Position numbers and translations under genes: made by a program. A stretch of 64,000 bases of DNA from an uncultured Candidatus Binatia bacterium (GTDB lineage: Bacteria > Desulfobacterota > Binatia > HRBIN30): assembly GCA_964371655.1 (NCBI GenBank), contig CAYJOD010000007.1, forward strand, positions 81,145 through 145,144. The letters run 5' to 3'. The notes beneath the pieces are model-generated. The model did not search any database. It saw only the letters and a program-made list of their open reading frames with translations, and was not told the DNA's origin. Positions 1-9,681 of this stretch are shown one piece after another. Position 1 is the first letter of the stretch. Every line of letters starts with the position of its first letter.

Positions 1-1048
1 CCGGCACGTGCGGATCGCCGTCGAGCACGCCGTGCTCGTTTTCGTAGAAGGTGATGATCTCGTCGGGCCGGCGCCGGCGCTTGATCGTCTCGACGCGCAC
101 GCGAAACGGCTCCCAGACCTCTTTGCCGGCAATGACGCGGCGGTAGCGCCCATCGCGGCAGTCCTCGATCCAGGAGTCGATGGCATCCATGAAGGTGTAG
201 GTCGCGCCCCAGGCGAGGTCGTTGGTGCGACCGAGCAGCGTCCCGGGCAGCCCCGGCATGGTAGCGGCGACGCAGTAGCGTTCGCCCCATTCGAGGACGA
301 CTTCCGCCCACACGGCCGGCAAGCGGTTGGCTTCGAGGTGCGGATCGTTGGCCAGCAAGGCGCGACCGCTGGCGGTCTTGCGGCCGCAGATCGCCCAGTT
401 GTTGGAGGCGACGGCGCGCGGCAGGGCCACGTTCCAGCGCACCTCCGGCGGCACCATGCGCTCGCCGAGCTGCACACGCTTGACCAGATCCACGTCGAGA
501 GCCGTGAGTAATCCGGGAAACAGCGCCTCCAGGTGGACGCGCGACACACCCGCTTGCACCATCTCGACGAGCAGGCGCTCCATCTGCCCCTGGCTCTGCG
601 CCAGGGCGACGTAACCGGTAAGCCGCGCCATCAGGATGGAGTCGCGAATGGTCCAGGGCTCGAAGCGGTAGCCCAGGAGCCGCAACTCCCATGGCAGACG
701 GCGCGCCAAGACCGCGTTGGCGCCGTCGCAGTAGGCCTGCGCGATGCGCCGCGGGCCCTCGGCAAGGCGCTCGACTTCCACCCCGGCGCCGCCGTCGAAG
801 TGCATTCGCCGGAAGAAGCGATCGAGCCCAAGCATCTCGTCGCTGTCACGTAGTAACTCGCAGGCGCGCCCTTGCCCGAGGATGCGTACCAACAGCATCT
901 GCAAGCCGCGGTCGCGCGCGTGGCAGTCGCCGAGACCGCGATAGAGGTCGGCCTCGGTAGAGGCGAGCACGTGCGGTACGCCGTGCTCGTCACGGTGGAT
1001 GCTTATCTCCGCGTCGCCATGGATGGTCCAGGAGTCCCGCCGTCGCAT
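1..1048 (-). CDS. Penicillin acylase / peptidase S45 (Ntn-hydrolase) family protein; N-terminal part only, 3' end runs off window start
   Basis: Minus-strand translation from ATG at 1046-1048: MRRRDSWTIHGDAEISIHRDEHGVPHV...DCHARDRGLQMLL...ASNNWAI...LLANDPHLE. The RDEhGVPHI alpha-subunit start and the SNNW beta-subunit Ser-nucleophile motif are typical of penicillin/AHL acylases. The + ORF 8..511 is an antisense artifact. Confidence 0.75.
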   Translation of the reverse strand, partial: MRRRDSWTIHGDAEISIHRDEHGVPHVLASTEADLYRGLGDCHARDRGLQMLLVRILGQGRACELLRDSDEMLGLDRFFRRMHFDGGAGVEVERLAEGPRRIAQAYCDGANAVLARRLPWELRLLGYRFEPWTIRDSILMARLTGYVALAQSQGQMERLLVEMVQAGVSRVHLEALFPGLLTALDVDLVKRVQLGERMVPPEVRWNVALPRAVASNNWAICGRKTASGRALLANDPHLEANRLPAVWAEVVLEWGERYCVAATMPGLPGTLLGRTNDLAWGATYTFMDAIDSWIEDCRDGRYRRVIAGKEVWEPFRVRVETIKRRRRPDEIITFYENEHGVLDGDPHVP

Positions 1049-1128
1049 CGATGCAGATCCTTTCCGGTACGGCTTGCTAGCGTGTTGAGAAGTCCATCGG
1101 AAAGCCGCAGACCCGGTCGAACGGAAGA

Positions 1129-1510
1129 ACCCTCACCCTAACCCTCTCCCAGGGAGATCGTCGATTTTCTCCGGCACGGCGGTTGCGCGAGTTTCATGCC
1201 GCCTGGTAGGGCCGGCTGTGCCGGCCTTATTCTCCACCCGACCGGCCGGTACAACCGGCCCTACGCGACTTTATCGACAGTCTCAAGGGGGAGAGGGGAG
1301 CTTTACCTTCTCCCTCTCCCTTTGAGACTGTCGATAAATCCGAATGGAAAACAGGAAACGGGAAACCGGAAACCGGACACTGGGCTATGCTTACGCAGAA
1401 TGGCCGGTTTTTGATTTTCGGTCTCCGGTTTCCTGTTCTCCATTCTCCGAGCGACGGCCTGTTGCAGAGAAAATCGACAGTCTCCTTTGGGAGAGGGACG
1501 GGGTGAGGGC
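1129..1510 (+). repeat. Composite F1 palindromic MITE-like element (half element plus full element with 105-bp core hairpin GAATGGAAAACAGGAAACGGGAAACCGG...CCGGTTTCCTGTTCTCCATTC)
   Basis: The same architecture recurs at 8024-8253, 24002-24185, 31540-31736 and 57586-57790. Ends are ccctcaccc...gagactgtcgat / atcgacagtctc...gggtgaggg. Core hairpin 1342-1446. Confidence 0.8.
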
Positions 1511-1564
1511 GACGGCGCACGCACACGTGCCTCATGGTCTTCGGTGAACTTTCAACTCAGCACT

Positions 1565-2095
1565 CTACTCGCCCAAGACCGCCAGGCGCTTATCGAGCTC
1601 TTCCCTGGGCAGGGTAGCCGGGTAGCGCCAGATCGCATCCATGAGCAAACGCAACTCCTCGAAGCGCGGGCTGAGGGGGTCAGCCGCGCACAGCGGGCGG
1701 GCCTGATCGCGCCATAGCTCCGCCTCGACGAGACGCGTCAGCAAGTCCGCCGCCAGCCCGCCTTGCGGGTCGCGCTCGTGCCAGTGTCCCTTACCTGTCC
1801 GCAGCGCGGCTTCCATCTTGGCGATCGCCGCTGCACATGACTCGGCTTTGTACGAAGCCAACGCCGCCAGGGCTTTCTGACGTTCGCGGCGCTCGTCCTC
1901 TTCCTCACGCTGCTCGGCATCGTCACTGTCGGGCTGCTCTGGTTTGGCGGCGAGCTCGTGCTCCGCCTTGGCGGCGATCGGTTGCGGCTTGGGCTCGGGG
2001 GCACACGAGCTCGTGCAGCCGAGCATACCGCCGGCGAGAAGCGCGCCGAACAACGGCATGGCAAGGAGGTGGATTCGCATCTGCGGACTGTTCAT
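1565..2095 (-). CDS. Hypothetical lipoprotein (signal peptide with lipobox LLAGGMLGC, acidic/coiled-coil region)
   Basis: 176-aa ORF with an N-terminal signal peptide and Cys lipobox. No recognisable catalytic domain. Confidence 0.5.
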   Translation of the reverse strand: MNSPQMRIHLLAMPLFGALLAGGMLGCTSSCAPEPKPQPIAAKAEHELAAKPEQPDSDDAEQREEEDERRERQKALAALASYKAESCAAAIAKMEAALRTGKGHWHERDPQGGLAADLLTRLVEAELWRDQARPLCAADPLSPRFEELRLLMDAIWRYPATLPREELDKRLAVLGE

Positions 2096-2187
2096 ACACG
2101 TTTCGGGTCACGATCCAAGCGGGCGCGAATGCGTGGGGACCACACTCATCCACGCTGCCCCCGGAGCTAGAAGAGCGCGGACAATCC

Positions 2188-2321
2188 CACGAATCACCGC
2201 TCCCTAACGGTCGCGGCTCAGGTCGATATCCTCCGGTTTTTTGCCAGGTCAGAGCCGCGCGCGTCAGCAAGCGGTTAGCGCGTGAATGCTCCCGTAGACG
2301 CACGACGGGCCGTGCATCTAC
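2188..2321 (+). repeat. F3 conserved ~135-bp element (cacGAATCACCGCTCCCTAACGGTCGCGGCTCAGGTCGA...CAGAGCCGCGCGCGTAAGCAAGCGGT...TGCATCTAC)
   Basis: Near-identical copies at 13500-13632 (+) and 26250-26395 (-). Partial copies at 20441-20510 (-) and 4627-4675 (-). Confidence 0.8.
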
Positions 2322-2390
2322 ATTCTCCAACCGATCCACCGTCGGACCGTCGACCTAGCCGCCGGCGCTGTGCCCTCGCGCCGGTTCGCT

Positions 2391-3206
2391 TCAAATCAAC
2401 AAGCCACCGCCGACACCGATCTCATAAGCCATCGACAGGCCGAGACCGAGGCTGACCAGCGCCGCCATGGCGCGCACCGTGACGTGCACGCGGCCGAAGC
2501 GATCAGGAGTGAAGTGAAGAGGCAGGGCGAGCAAGACACTCATACCCATCATGCCGCCGATCGAGCCCACTCCGAACGCCGCAACGTAGGCGAGTCCGAG
2601 CCGCGGCGACGGAATCGTCGACAACACCAGGAGCATCAACGCGGCGCTGCCGGCGAGGCCATGGACGATGCCGATGAGAAGCGGCCGCGTGCTGAATCCC
2701 AACCCGTGATGCGTGTGGGTGGCAGGCTCGGGGGATCCGTCGTGCACATGCGGATGCAGATGCGCATGCCCGCCATGCTGGTGCCGGTGCAGGTGCAAAC
2801 GCGCCCCGCGCCCGATCTTCCACAACGCGTTGCCGCCGAGCCCGATCAGCATCAGCGCCACGACGAGCTCGAGCCCCAACTGGGTGCGCGCGCTGATCTC
2901 GACGTGCAGGACCATCACGACAACCGCCGCTACGCCCAGCGCCAGCGTGTGCCCGATGCCCCAGGCGGCGCCGACCAGCGACGAGCTGAACACGCTCTTG
3001 CGCGCGCCGACGATCGTCCACACCGCGGCCAAATGATCCGCGTCGAGGGCGTGCTTCAACCCGAAGACGAGGCCGGCGCCGAGAATGGATAGGGCCGGCA
3101 CCCACGATGTAGCGAAGCTGTCGCGACCGAGGCTGGCGAGCACAGCGCCCAACACGGTGTTGCCGGGTTCAATTGCGACGACGAGCCCGGGCACGATGCC
3201 ATTCAT
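2391..3206 (-). CDS. Nickel/cobalt transporter, NicO/RcnA (HoxN/UreH-like) family
   Basis: Polytopic membrane protein with the HALDADH signature and a His-rich loop HLHRHQHGGHAHLHPHVHD typical of RcnA/NicO. Confidence 0.8.
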   Translation of the reverse strand: MNGIVPGLVVAIEPGNTVLGAVLASLGRDSFATSWVPALSILGAGLVFGLKHALDADHLAAVWTIVGARKSVFSSSLVGAAWGIGHTLALGVAAVVVMVLHVEISARTQLGLELVVALMLIGLGGNALWKIGRGARLHLHRHQHGGHAHLHPHVHDGSPEPATHTHHGLGFSTRPLLIGIVHGLAGSAALMLLVLSTIPSPRLGLAYVAAFGVGSIGGMMGMSVLLALPLHFTPDRFGRVHVTVRAMAALVSLGLGLSMAYEIGVGGGLLI

Positions 3207-3377
3207 GCTTGGTCCTCTACATCAATCCGTGTCGCTCGCGCTACCTGTCGCACCGACAAAGCGGGAGCACGCTTGTCCTGAACCGCGTCGAAGGGCTCTC
3301 GCGCGCCAAAGGCACGGCTGGTTACGGGTACAGGGTCGGGTTGATTCCGAACGCAGCTTGCTCCGTTCGGAATCACG

Positions 3378-3752
3378 TCAGGGAGGTGGCTGCTGCGTAG
3401 CTGGATGGGTAACCGCCGACGGTTGGCGTGTAAGAAAATCGGCAATTACGGATGTAAGGTGATTGCTAAGCAAGTAGCCGGTAAGCGCAACGATACCGGC
3501 AACGACAAAAATTGCACCGCGGACAAAGCTCACCTGGTGACGCAGTTGGTCTATCTTGTCTCCTTGGGTGCCGATGTCGGAAATGGCTCGATCTAACTTT
3601 GACATCACGGCTCCAAGGTCGCGTTGAACCGCCATTACTGCTTGGAGCGTAAACGAATGGTCAGCTTGGCCAGGGCCATAGCCGATAGTTTCCGGCTTGT
3701 CCGCTGGCTCGGTGCGTTCCTGACGCGGCTCTGATCGCTTTGTCGCCACCAT
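3378..3752 (-). CDS. Hypothetical protein with C-terminal transmembrane helix (low-GC island gene 2)
   Basis: ATG (MVATKR...) lies 4 nt after the stop of the upstream small gene. Sequence shows a coiled-coil region then a TM helix VRGAIFVVAGIVALTGYLL. Local GC is markedly lower than the surroundings. Confidence 0.45.
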   Translation of the reverse strand: MVATKRSEPRQERTEPADKPETIGYGPGQADHSFTLQAVMAVQRDLGAVMSKLDRAISDIGTQGDKIDQLRHQVSFVRGAIFVVAGIVALTGYLLSNHLTSVIADFLTRQPSAVTHPATQQPPP

Positions 3753-3756
3753 GTCC

Positions 3757-4032
3757 TCAGGAAGGCTCCTTTTCCCAGTGGAGCTTGAACCACTCCCAAA
3801 TATCAGGGTTGGCCCGCCCCGCATAATTTTGAACGGAAAGACAGAGCCCTGCCGTCGACGACTCACCGCTGCGTATTCCGATTGATTCAGCTAGATCGCG
3901 GATTGCTCCATCGTAATGGACCAACCATGCATTTTCGGCCAATTTGTAGCGATTCGTCGCCTCAATTTTCTCTTCGAGATTCGCGGCGACCTTCGCTGGA
4001 TCACGCAATGCGATTACTGTGAAGACCGGCAT
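3757..4032 (-). CDS. Hypothetical small soluble protein (low-GC island gene 1)
   Basis: Start MPVFTVIALRD is preceded by GAGGA, by a TATAAT about 17 nt upstream, and by a hairpin gccggcattccgcatcct/aggatgccggc spanning the start region. Sequence is AT-richer than neighbours. Confidence 0.45.
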   Translation of the reverse strand: MPVFTVIALRDPAKVAANLEEKIEATNRYKLAENAWLVHYDGAIRDLAESIGIRSGESSTAGLCLSVQNYAGRANPDIWEWFKLHWEKEPS

Positions 4033-4219
4033 TCCGCATCCTCGATTATAGGATGCCGGCGCAAGAGACAAGGACAGGAGCGATGCCTACTTCAGAATGA
4101 CCACGCCCCGGCCACGAAGGTCGTTGCCAATCGCGGCCGGTCGTGCCAGTCGAATGGAGTGCAGATAGAGCGTTGCCGACGACACGTTGCCGACCCGATC
4201 GCGTATTGAGGAGTCTCCC

Positions 4220-4552
4220 ATGACTAGTCTTGCCGAACGCCAGTGTATTCCCTGTAAAGGCGGCGTACCGCCGTTGAGCGGCGCCGAGAGCGCGCGCTTG
4301 CTCGCCGAGCTCGACGGCTGGCAGGTCGTCGACAACCATCATCTCGAGAAGCAGTACACGTTCAAGAACTTCGTCGACGCGCTGGCCTTGGTGAACCGTA
4401 TCGGTGCGATCGCCGAGGAGCAGAACCATCACCCCGACTTGTTCCTGGCTTGGGGAAAGGTCGGCGTGACGATCTGGACCCACAAGATCAACGGCCTCAC
4501 CGAAAGCGACTTCGTGCTCGCGGCGAAGTGCGACGTCGCGGCCGCCTCGTAG
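4220..4552 (+). CDS. phhB: 4a-hydroxytetrahydrobiopterin dehydratase (pterin-4-alpha-carbinolamine dehydratase)
   Basis: EEQNHHPDLFLAWGKVGVTIWTHKINGLTESDFVLAAK matches the PCD/DCoH signature. GAGGAG RBS before ATG at 4220. Confidence 0.85.
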   Translation: MTSLAERQCIPCKGGVPPLSGAESARLLAELDGWQVVDNHHLEKQYTFKNFVDALALVNRIGAIAEEQNHHPDLFLAWGKVGVTIWTHKINGLTESDFVLAAKCDVAAAS

Positions 4553-4879
4553 CCCGCATCTCGTATCTCGCTGCCCAGCGACGAGCCGACCTCACAAACG
4601 CCGCCACCGGCGTTTGTCGGCGCAGAGCCGCGACCGTAAGCGAGCGGTGATTCGTGGGATTCCCGCGCCCGACTGGTGCCCCTGTATCAGAACCTCCGCA
4701 ATGATCTCGGCCCCTCTCTGGCCCGATCCGAAGATCATTCTCGCGCCAAGACGCAAAGCCGCAAAGGAGAGAACCACACCAATAGCTATTTGAATCTCGC
4801 TCGGATGGGATTCACTTCGCACTCCAACTCAACCCGAAAACATCAGTTGGACTGCCAGGTCGCGATCAGTCTGGTAGTG

Positions 4880-5035
4880 CGCGCCCTTCGAGACGCGACC
4901 TGAGAACCCTTCGATACGCTTCGCTACTCAGGAGGCCGCTCCTCAGGGCGAACGGGAAAAATTGGTGCAACTGTCGTTACACCGTTCGCCCTGAGGAGGC
5001 GCCCGCTTTTGGCGCCGTCTCGAAGGGCGCATCAG
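4880..5035 (+). repeat. F5 element: TIR gcgcccttcgagacg...cgtctcgaagggcgc enclosing the cccttcgatacgc motif and an inner hairpin ctcaggaggccgctcctcagggcgaacgg/ccgttcgccctgaggaggcgcc
   Basis: Related cccttcgatacgccgccaag / cgtatcgaaggg motifs at 23955-23999, 26085-26145, 26670-26760, 34548-34600 and 46455-46530. Confidence 0.7.
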
Positions 5036-5214
5036 TGACCGCAGACGGAAAGTGAGGTCTTCGGGCTCAACGTCTTGTCCTTTGCGCCTTGGCGCCTTTG
5101 CGCGAGCCCTTCTTTCTTCGGATCAGGCCGCACCCTCCCCGCTGGAACACGCCCCTGGGGCGGCGTTCCGTCTGCGCTTGCAACACGCCGGGTTCTGAGA
5201 TCAGAAGGTTTGCC

Positions 5215-7365
5215 GTGAGCACTCACCTCCGCACCTGCAATCTCTGCGAAGCAATGTGCGGCCTCGTCGTCACGACCGAAGCGGCGCACGTCGTCGAAAT
5301 CAAGCCGGATCACGACGACCCGTTCAGCCGCGGTCATATCTGTCCCAAAGCGATCGCTCTCCAGGATCTACATGAAGACCCGGATCGCCTGCGTCATCCG
5401 CTGCGCCGGACGGCAGCGGGCTGGGAGCGGATCAGCTGGGACGATGCGTTTGCGGAGATTACGCAACAGGTCACCGCCATCCGCCGCGCCCATGGTCGTA
5501 ATGCGCTGGCGGTCTATCGCGGCAATCCGATCAGCCACAACTACGGGCTCGCCCTGTTTTCTCAGATTCTGGTTGAATCGCTGCGTACGGTGAACGTGTA
5601 CTCGTCCGGATCGGTGGACCAGTTTCCGGTGCAGCTCGCTTCGCTGCTCATGTTCGGCCATCAGTTCGTGTGGCCGGTGCCGGACATCGACCGCACCGAC
5701 TACTGGCTGATGCTGGGTGCCAACCCGGCGGTGTCCAACGGCAGCGCCATGACCGCGCCAGGGGTGACGAAACGCATTGCTGCCATCCGCGCGCGCGGCG
5801 GCAAGGTCGTTCTCATCGATCCGCGCCGCAACGAAACCGCCGCACTCGTCGACGAGCACCACTTCATTCGCCCGGGCGCCGATGCCTTGTTGCTGGCCGC
5901 CATGCTGCACACGCTGTCCACCGACGGAGCCATCAAGCTCGGACGCTTGGAAGGGCTGACAACCGGCAAGGCCGCGATTCACGTCATCGTCAAAGATTTC
6001 GCGCCGGAGCGCGTGGCGGCTGCCGTCGGCATCGAGGCGAGCACGATTCGCCGCTTGGCGCGCGAGTTCGCCGCCGCACCCACAGCGGTGAGTTACGGCC
6101 GCATGGGCACCTGCGCGCAGGAATTCGGCGCCACCACAAGCTGGCTCATCAACGTCCTCAACATCGTCACCGAGAATTTCGATCGCGCCGGCGGCGCCAT
6201 GTTCACGACCCCGGCGGTCGACATGCTCCTCAGTCGCCAGTTCGCCGGCAGCTATGCACGCCGGCACAGCCGCGTGCGCGGCCTGCCTGAGTTCGCCGAT
6301 GAGCTCCCCGTCGCCACCCTGGCCGATGAGATCGAAACGGCGGGAGCGGGTCAGATCCGTGGTCTGATCACGGTGGCGGGCAACCCGGTGCTGTCGGCGC
6401 CGAACGGAACCCGTCTCGATCGCGCTCTCGCGGAGCTGCCGTTCATGGTGTCGATCGACTACTACCTGAACGAAACGACGCGACACGCGAACATCATCCT
6501 GCCGCCGTTATCGCCGTTCGAGCGCGATCACTATGATGTCGTTTATGCGGCTCTCGCCGTGCACAACGTGGCCAAGTACAGCCCGGCGATTTTCGCCGCA
6601 GCGCCAGAGAGTCGCGACGATTGGGAGATCTGCCTCGAGGTCGCCATGCGCCTGCAGAAGGCGGACGGCTGGGTCGGCAACCTCGGCGCGCGCGCGCTGG
6701 GACCGTTGCTGCGCCGCCTCGGACCACGGCGAATGCTCAACCTCATGTTGCGTTTCGGGCCCTACGGCGATCGCTTCGGCTGGTCGGGCAAAGGGATCTC
6801 GGTGCAACGACTCCTACGTGAGCCGCACGGCATCGATCTCGGAGCGCTGCAGCCTTGTCTGCCACAACGGCTGGCGACCAAGGATGGGCACATCGATCTG
6901 GCCCCCGCCGTCTTTCGCGCCGACATTCAACGTCTGCAAAGCCGGCTGACCGCAAACGGCGTACGCACCAACGGCGACCTGCTGCTGATCGGGCGCCGGC
7001 AACTGCGCAGCAGCAACTCGTGGATGCACAACTGGGAGCGCCTGGTGCGCGGCCGTGAGCGCTGCACCCTGTTCATGCATCCGACCGACGCCGCGGCGCG
7101 TGGCGTGCACGACGAGCAGATGGTTCGCGTGACCTCGCGCACCGGTACGATCGAGGTTGCGGTAGCGATCACCGACGACATCATGCCCGGGGTCATCAGC
7201 CTGCCCCACGGCTGGGGGCACAACCGTGCCGGCACCCGGCTGCAGATCGCTGCGGCCCATCCGGGCGTGAGCCTCAACGACATTGCCGACGAAGATTTGC
7301 TGGATCCACTTTCGGGCACGGCCGCCTTGAACGGAATCCCCGCCACCGTCATCCCCGCGGGCTAG
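5215..7365 (+). CDS. Molybdopterin (bis-MGD) oxidoreductase family protein, MopB superfamily, substrate unknown
   Basis: N-terminal CNLCEAMCG Fe-S motif, about 717 aa. GTG start at 5215 preceded by AGAAGG. The ATG at 5089 lacks an RBS and lies upstream of the conserved N-terminus. Confidence 0.8.
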   Translation: MSTHLRTCNLCEAMCGLVVTTEAAHVVEIKPDHDDPFSRGHICPKAIALQDLHEDPDRLRHPLRRTAAGWERISWDDAFAEITQQVTAIRRAHGRNALAVYRGNPISHNYGLALFSQILVESLRTVNVYSSGSVDQFPVQLASLLMFGHQFVWPVPDIDRTDYWLMLGANPAVSNGSAMTAPGVTKRIAAIRARGGKVVLIDPRRNETAALVDEHHFIRPGADALLLAAMLHTLSTDGAIKLGRLEGLTTGKAAIHVIVKDFAPERVAAAVGIEASTIRRLAREFAAAPTAVSYGRMGTCAQEFGATTSWLINVLNIVTENFDRAGGAMFTTPAVDMLLSRQFAGSYARRHSRVRGLPEFADELPVATLADEIETAGAGQIRGLITVAGNPVLSAPNGTRLDRALAELPFMVSIDYYLNETTRHANIILPPLSPFERDHYDVVYAALAVHNVAKYSPAIFAAAPESRDDWEICLEVAMRLQKADGWVGNLGARALGPLLRRLGPRRMLNLMLRFGPYGDRFGWSGKGISVQRLLREPHGIDLGALQPCLPQRLATKDGHIDLAPAVFRADIQRLQSRLTANGVRTNGDLLLIGRRQLRSSNSWMHNWERLVRGRERCTLFMHPTDAAARGVHDEQMVRVTSRTGTIEVAVAITDDIMPGVISLPHGWGHNRAGTRLQIAAAHPGVSLNDIADEDLLDPLSGTAALNGIPATVIPAG

Positions 7366-7375
7366 CCAGATTTTT

Positions 7376-7459
7376 TCACCGCAGAGACGCGGAGACGCAG
7401 AGAGATCTATGGTTCGCAGAACATCTTTCTTCTCTGCGCCTCTGCGTCTCTGCGGTGAA
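7376..7459 (+). terminator. F4-family long perfect hairpin ttcaccgcagagacgcggagacgcagagag...ctctgcgcctctgcgtctctgcggtgaa between convergent genes
   Basis: A 30-bp inverted repeat begins 11 nt after the oxidoreductase stop and precedes the convergent thioesterase stop. It shares the CACAGAG motif family with 14871-15101, 17975-18103 and 28334-28636. Confidence 0.7.
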
Positions 7460-7478
7460 AAACTTTGTCCGATCGAGG

Positions 7479-7895
7479 TCAGTCAGCCCGGCTCTTCTCC
7501 CGTAGCTTGGCGTCGAACTTGGCGCGGTCGACGACGTAGCGGATGTGAATGCCTTCACCGACCTTCTCACGCTCGTCGAATGCGGTCACCTTGAACGTCA
7601 GCTTGCGGCCATCGACGGCGGCGAGCTCGGACGACACCCGCACCTGTGAGCCTACCGGGGTTGGCGCAAAGTGAGAGATCTCGTTGCGTGAGCCGACCGT
7701 CATCTGGGTTGGATCGAGATGGGCGGCGGCCAGGGTCGCCGAGACGATTTCCATCCTGGCAATCATGTCGGGCGTCGACCACACCGCCGGCAGCGCAACA
7801 CCGTCGGCCCCCTCACGCTCGGCGAGTGCGGCGGCGGTGACCTCGTGAGTGACCGTGTAGGTTCGTTCGGCAGCGATTCCCGGTTCGATGGACAT
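7479..7895 (-). CDS. Hotdog-fold thioesterase family protein
   Basis: 138-aa ORF with a hotdog-like pattern, similar in arrangement to FlK/4HBT-type thioesterases. Confidence 0.65.
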   Translation of the reverse strand: MSIEPGIAAERTYTVTHEVTAAALAEREGADGVALPAVWSTPDMIARMEIVSATLAAAHLDPTQMTVGSRNEISHFAPTPVGSQVRVSSELAAVDGRKLTFKVTAFDEREKVGEGIHIRYVVDRAKFDAKLREKSRAD

Positions 7896-8023
7896 GTCGA
7901 TCTCCCTTCTCGTATCTCGTATCTCGTTTCAGAAGAACCGGTAAGCCCCACGTCGATGCTAGGGTCCTGAGTCGTAAGTTCGCGACGAAAATGGAGCCTC
8001 GATAATTGCCATCGCCCTCACCC

Positions 8024-8253
8024 CGGCCCTCTCCCAGAGGGAGAAAGGCAAGCTCCCCTCTCCCTCTGGAGATTTTCGATAAATGCGAATGGAAAACAGG
8101 AAACGGGAAACCGGGGACCGAAAACTGGGCAATGCTCATGCAGAAAGGCCGGTTTTCCATTTTCGGTTTCCGGTTTCCTGTTTTTCATTCTCCGATCGAC
8201 GGCCGGTCGCGGAGATAATCGACAGTCTCTCTGGGAGAGGGTTAGGGTGAGGG
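8024..8253 (+). repeat. F1 palindromic element copy (core hairpin 8097-8190)
   Basis: ccctcaccccggccctctcccagagggaga...gaatggaaaacaggaaacgggaaaccgg...ccggtttcctgtttttcattc...gggagagggttagggtgaggg. Confidence 0.8.
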
Positions 8254-8372
8254 CTCTTCGTTCAGACGACCCGGTAGTTCTTCGGCGAACATCTGACTCA
8301 GGACACTAGCGCATCATGGCGGCCCAACGATGTCGCCTTGCCTTGAGCGTCGAATCCTGCAACCACGCCGCG

Positions 8373-9506
8373 ATGGCACTCGAGCGTATCGCGGTGGGAG
8401 TTGCGTACGCTGCGTTGTTCTTCGGTGCCGGGGTGTGGGCTCCGTATTTCCCTCTCTATCTGGCGCATCTGGGTTTCAGCGGTGGACAGATCGGCGCCAT
8501 CATCGGCACCGCACCGCTGCTGCGCTGGAGCAGCGCGATCGGGTGGGGATACCTCGCCGATCGTTGGCGGCGGCGGCACTTGCTGCTGGTGCTGGCCTCA
8601 TTCACCGGATGCTTGTTCTTTGTTCCCTTGCTGTTCGTGCGCAGCTTTGTCGCGATCGCGGCCGTGCTCACCTGCATCAACCTGTTTCACGGCGCCATGC
8701 TGCCGATGCTCGACGCCACGGTGATGGACCATCTGCAGCGCCTGGGTGGCGACTACGGCCGCCTGCGTTTGTGGGGATCCCTCGGCTTCATCGCCGGGGC
8801 GCTGGTGAGTGCACCGATCATTCAGCTGTCTTCGCCGGCAGCCGTGCCGGCGCTGCTGCTGGCGCCGGCGTTCTTCCTGGTACCCGCCCTCTATTATCTG
8901 CCGCACGAGCAGCTCGGCAGCTCCGGACGCTTTCGCGCGCCATGGAAGCTTCTCAACCCAGCGCTGTCGGCGTTTCTGGCGACGGCCTTCCTACTCCAGA
9001 TCAGCTGCGGCGCTTGGGGCGGCTTCTTCGCGGTGCACAGCGCGCGGCTGGGTTTCTCCGACGCCATCCCCGGAATCACCTGGGGGCTAGCGGTAATCAT
9101 CGAGGTCGGGGTGCTGTTTTGGGGAAGGCAGATCGTCGAACGTTTCGATGCCGCCGGGATGATCGTGTTCACGCTGATCGTCACCGTCGGGCGCTGGGCC
9201 CTCACTGCGGTCGCAACCGACGAGGTCGCCGTCGTGGCGCTCCAGCTCGCCCACTCGATTACGTTCGCCGTCTTCCACCTCGCCGCCTTGTTGCTGCTGA
9301 CCCGTTTGGTTCCGCCCCAAAACAGCACCAGCGGACAATCCCTCTACGGCATGGTCAGCTTCGGATTCGGCGGCAGCGCCGGCATCGCCCTCGCCGGCGC
9401 GCTCATCGACCGCATCGGTAGCAGCGCCCTATTCGGCGTCGAAGCGTGCATCGCCGCGCTCGCCCTGTTGCCGGCCTGGCAGCTGCGCCACCACCTGCGG
9501 CGCTGA
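8373..9506 (+). CDS. MFS transporter (MFS_1-like, 12 TM)
   Basis: Hydrophobic 12-helix pattern with GxLaDRxGRR-like motifs. ATG at 8373 (MALERIAVG). Confidence 0.75.
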   Translation: MALERIAVGVAYAALFFGAGVWAPYFPLYLAHLGFSGGQIGAIIGTAPLLRWSSAIGWGYLADRWRRRHLLLVLASFTGCLFFVPLLFVRSFVAIAAVLTCINLFHGAMLPMLDATVMDHLQRLGGDYGRLRLWGSLGFIAGALVSAPIIQLSSPAAVPALLLAPAFFLVPALYYLPHEQLGSSGRFRAPWKLLNPALSAFLATAFLLQISCGAWGGFFAVHSARLGFSDAIPGITWGLAVIIEVGVLFWGRQIVERFDAAGMIVFTLIVTVGRWALTAVATDEVAVVALQLAHSITFAVFHLAALLLLTRLVPPQNSTSGQSLYGMVSFGFGGSAGIALAGALIDRIGSSALFGVEACIAALALLPAWQLRHHLRR

Positions 9507-9587
9507 GCGATCGCTTCTTCCTCTCGGAGGAAGTGGAAACTTCGCCGGACCGGCGCAATCCGCCACCTCTCGAGAATCATCGGATCA

Positions 9588-9660
9588 TGGTGGGGCAGGC
9601 CTCCGTGCCTGCCCGGCTGCGCAGGCAGGGACACCTGCGCCACCAGAACTGGGCAGCCTT
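9588..9660 (+). repeat. F8 element GGTGGGGCAGGCCTCCGTGCCTGCCCGGCTGCGCAGGCAGGGACACCTGCGCCACCAG
   Basis: Copies at 46333-46410 (-) and 54028-54095 (+). Confidence 0.7.
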
Positions 9661-9681
9661 CACAGCCTAACGAGATACGAT

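Noticed and set aside
1303-1547. Short ORFs encoded inside repeat elements (MENRKxETGNRK..., MRAG..., HGRGSGRYPP.. peptides) recurring at every F1/F3 copy.
   Set aside because: They track the palindromic repeat in both orientations and lack RBS and start context. They are translations of the hairpin arms, not genes.
5368-6486. Long minus-strand ORFs antisense to real genes: 5368-6486, 16007-16987, 21316-22545, 29771-30883, 36021-37718, 41833-43068, 43305-44462, 44463-45341, 61590-63857. The same applies to the + ORFs 8-511, 8330-9421, 12202-13344 and 36635-37894.
   Set aside because: In a genome of about 68% GC, stop-free antisense frames are expected. Their translations are Arg/Ala/Gly-rich low-complexity, and the opposite-strand genes have clear conserved motifs.
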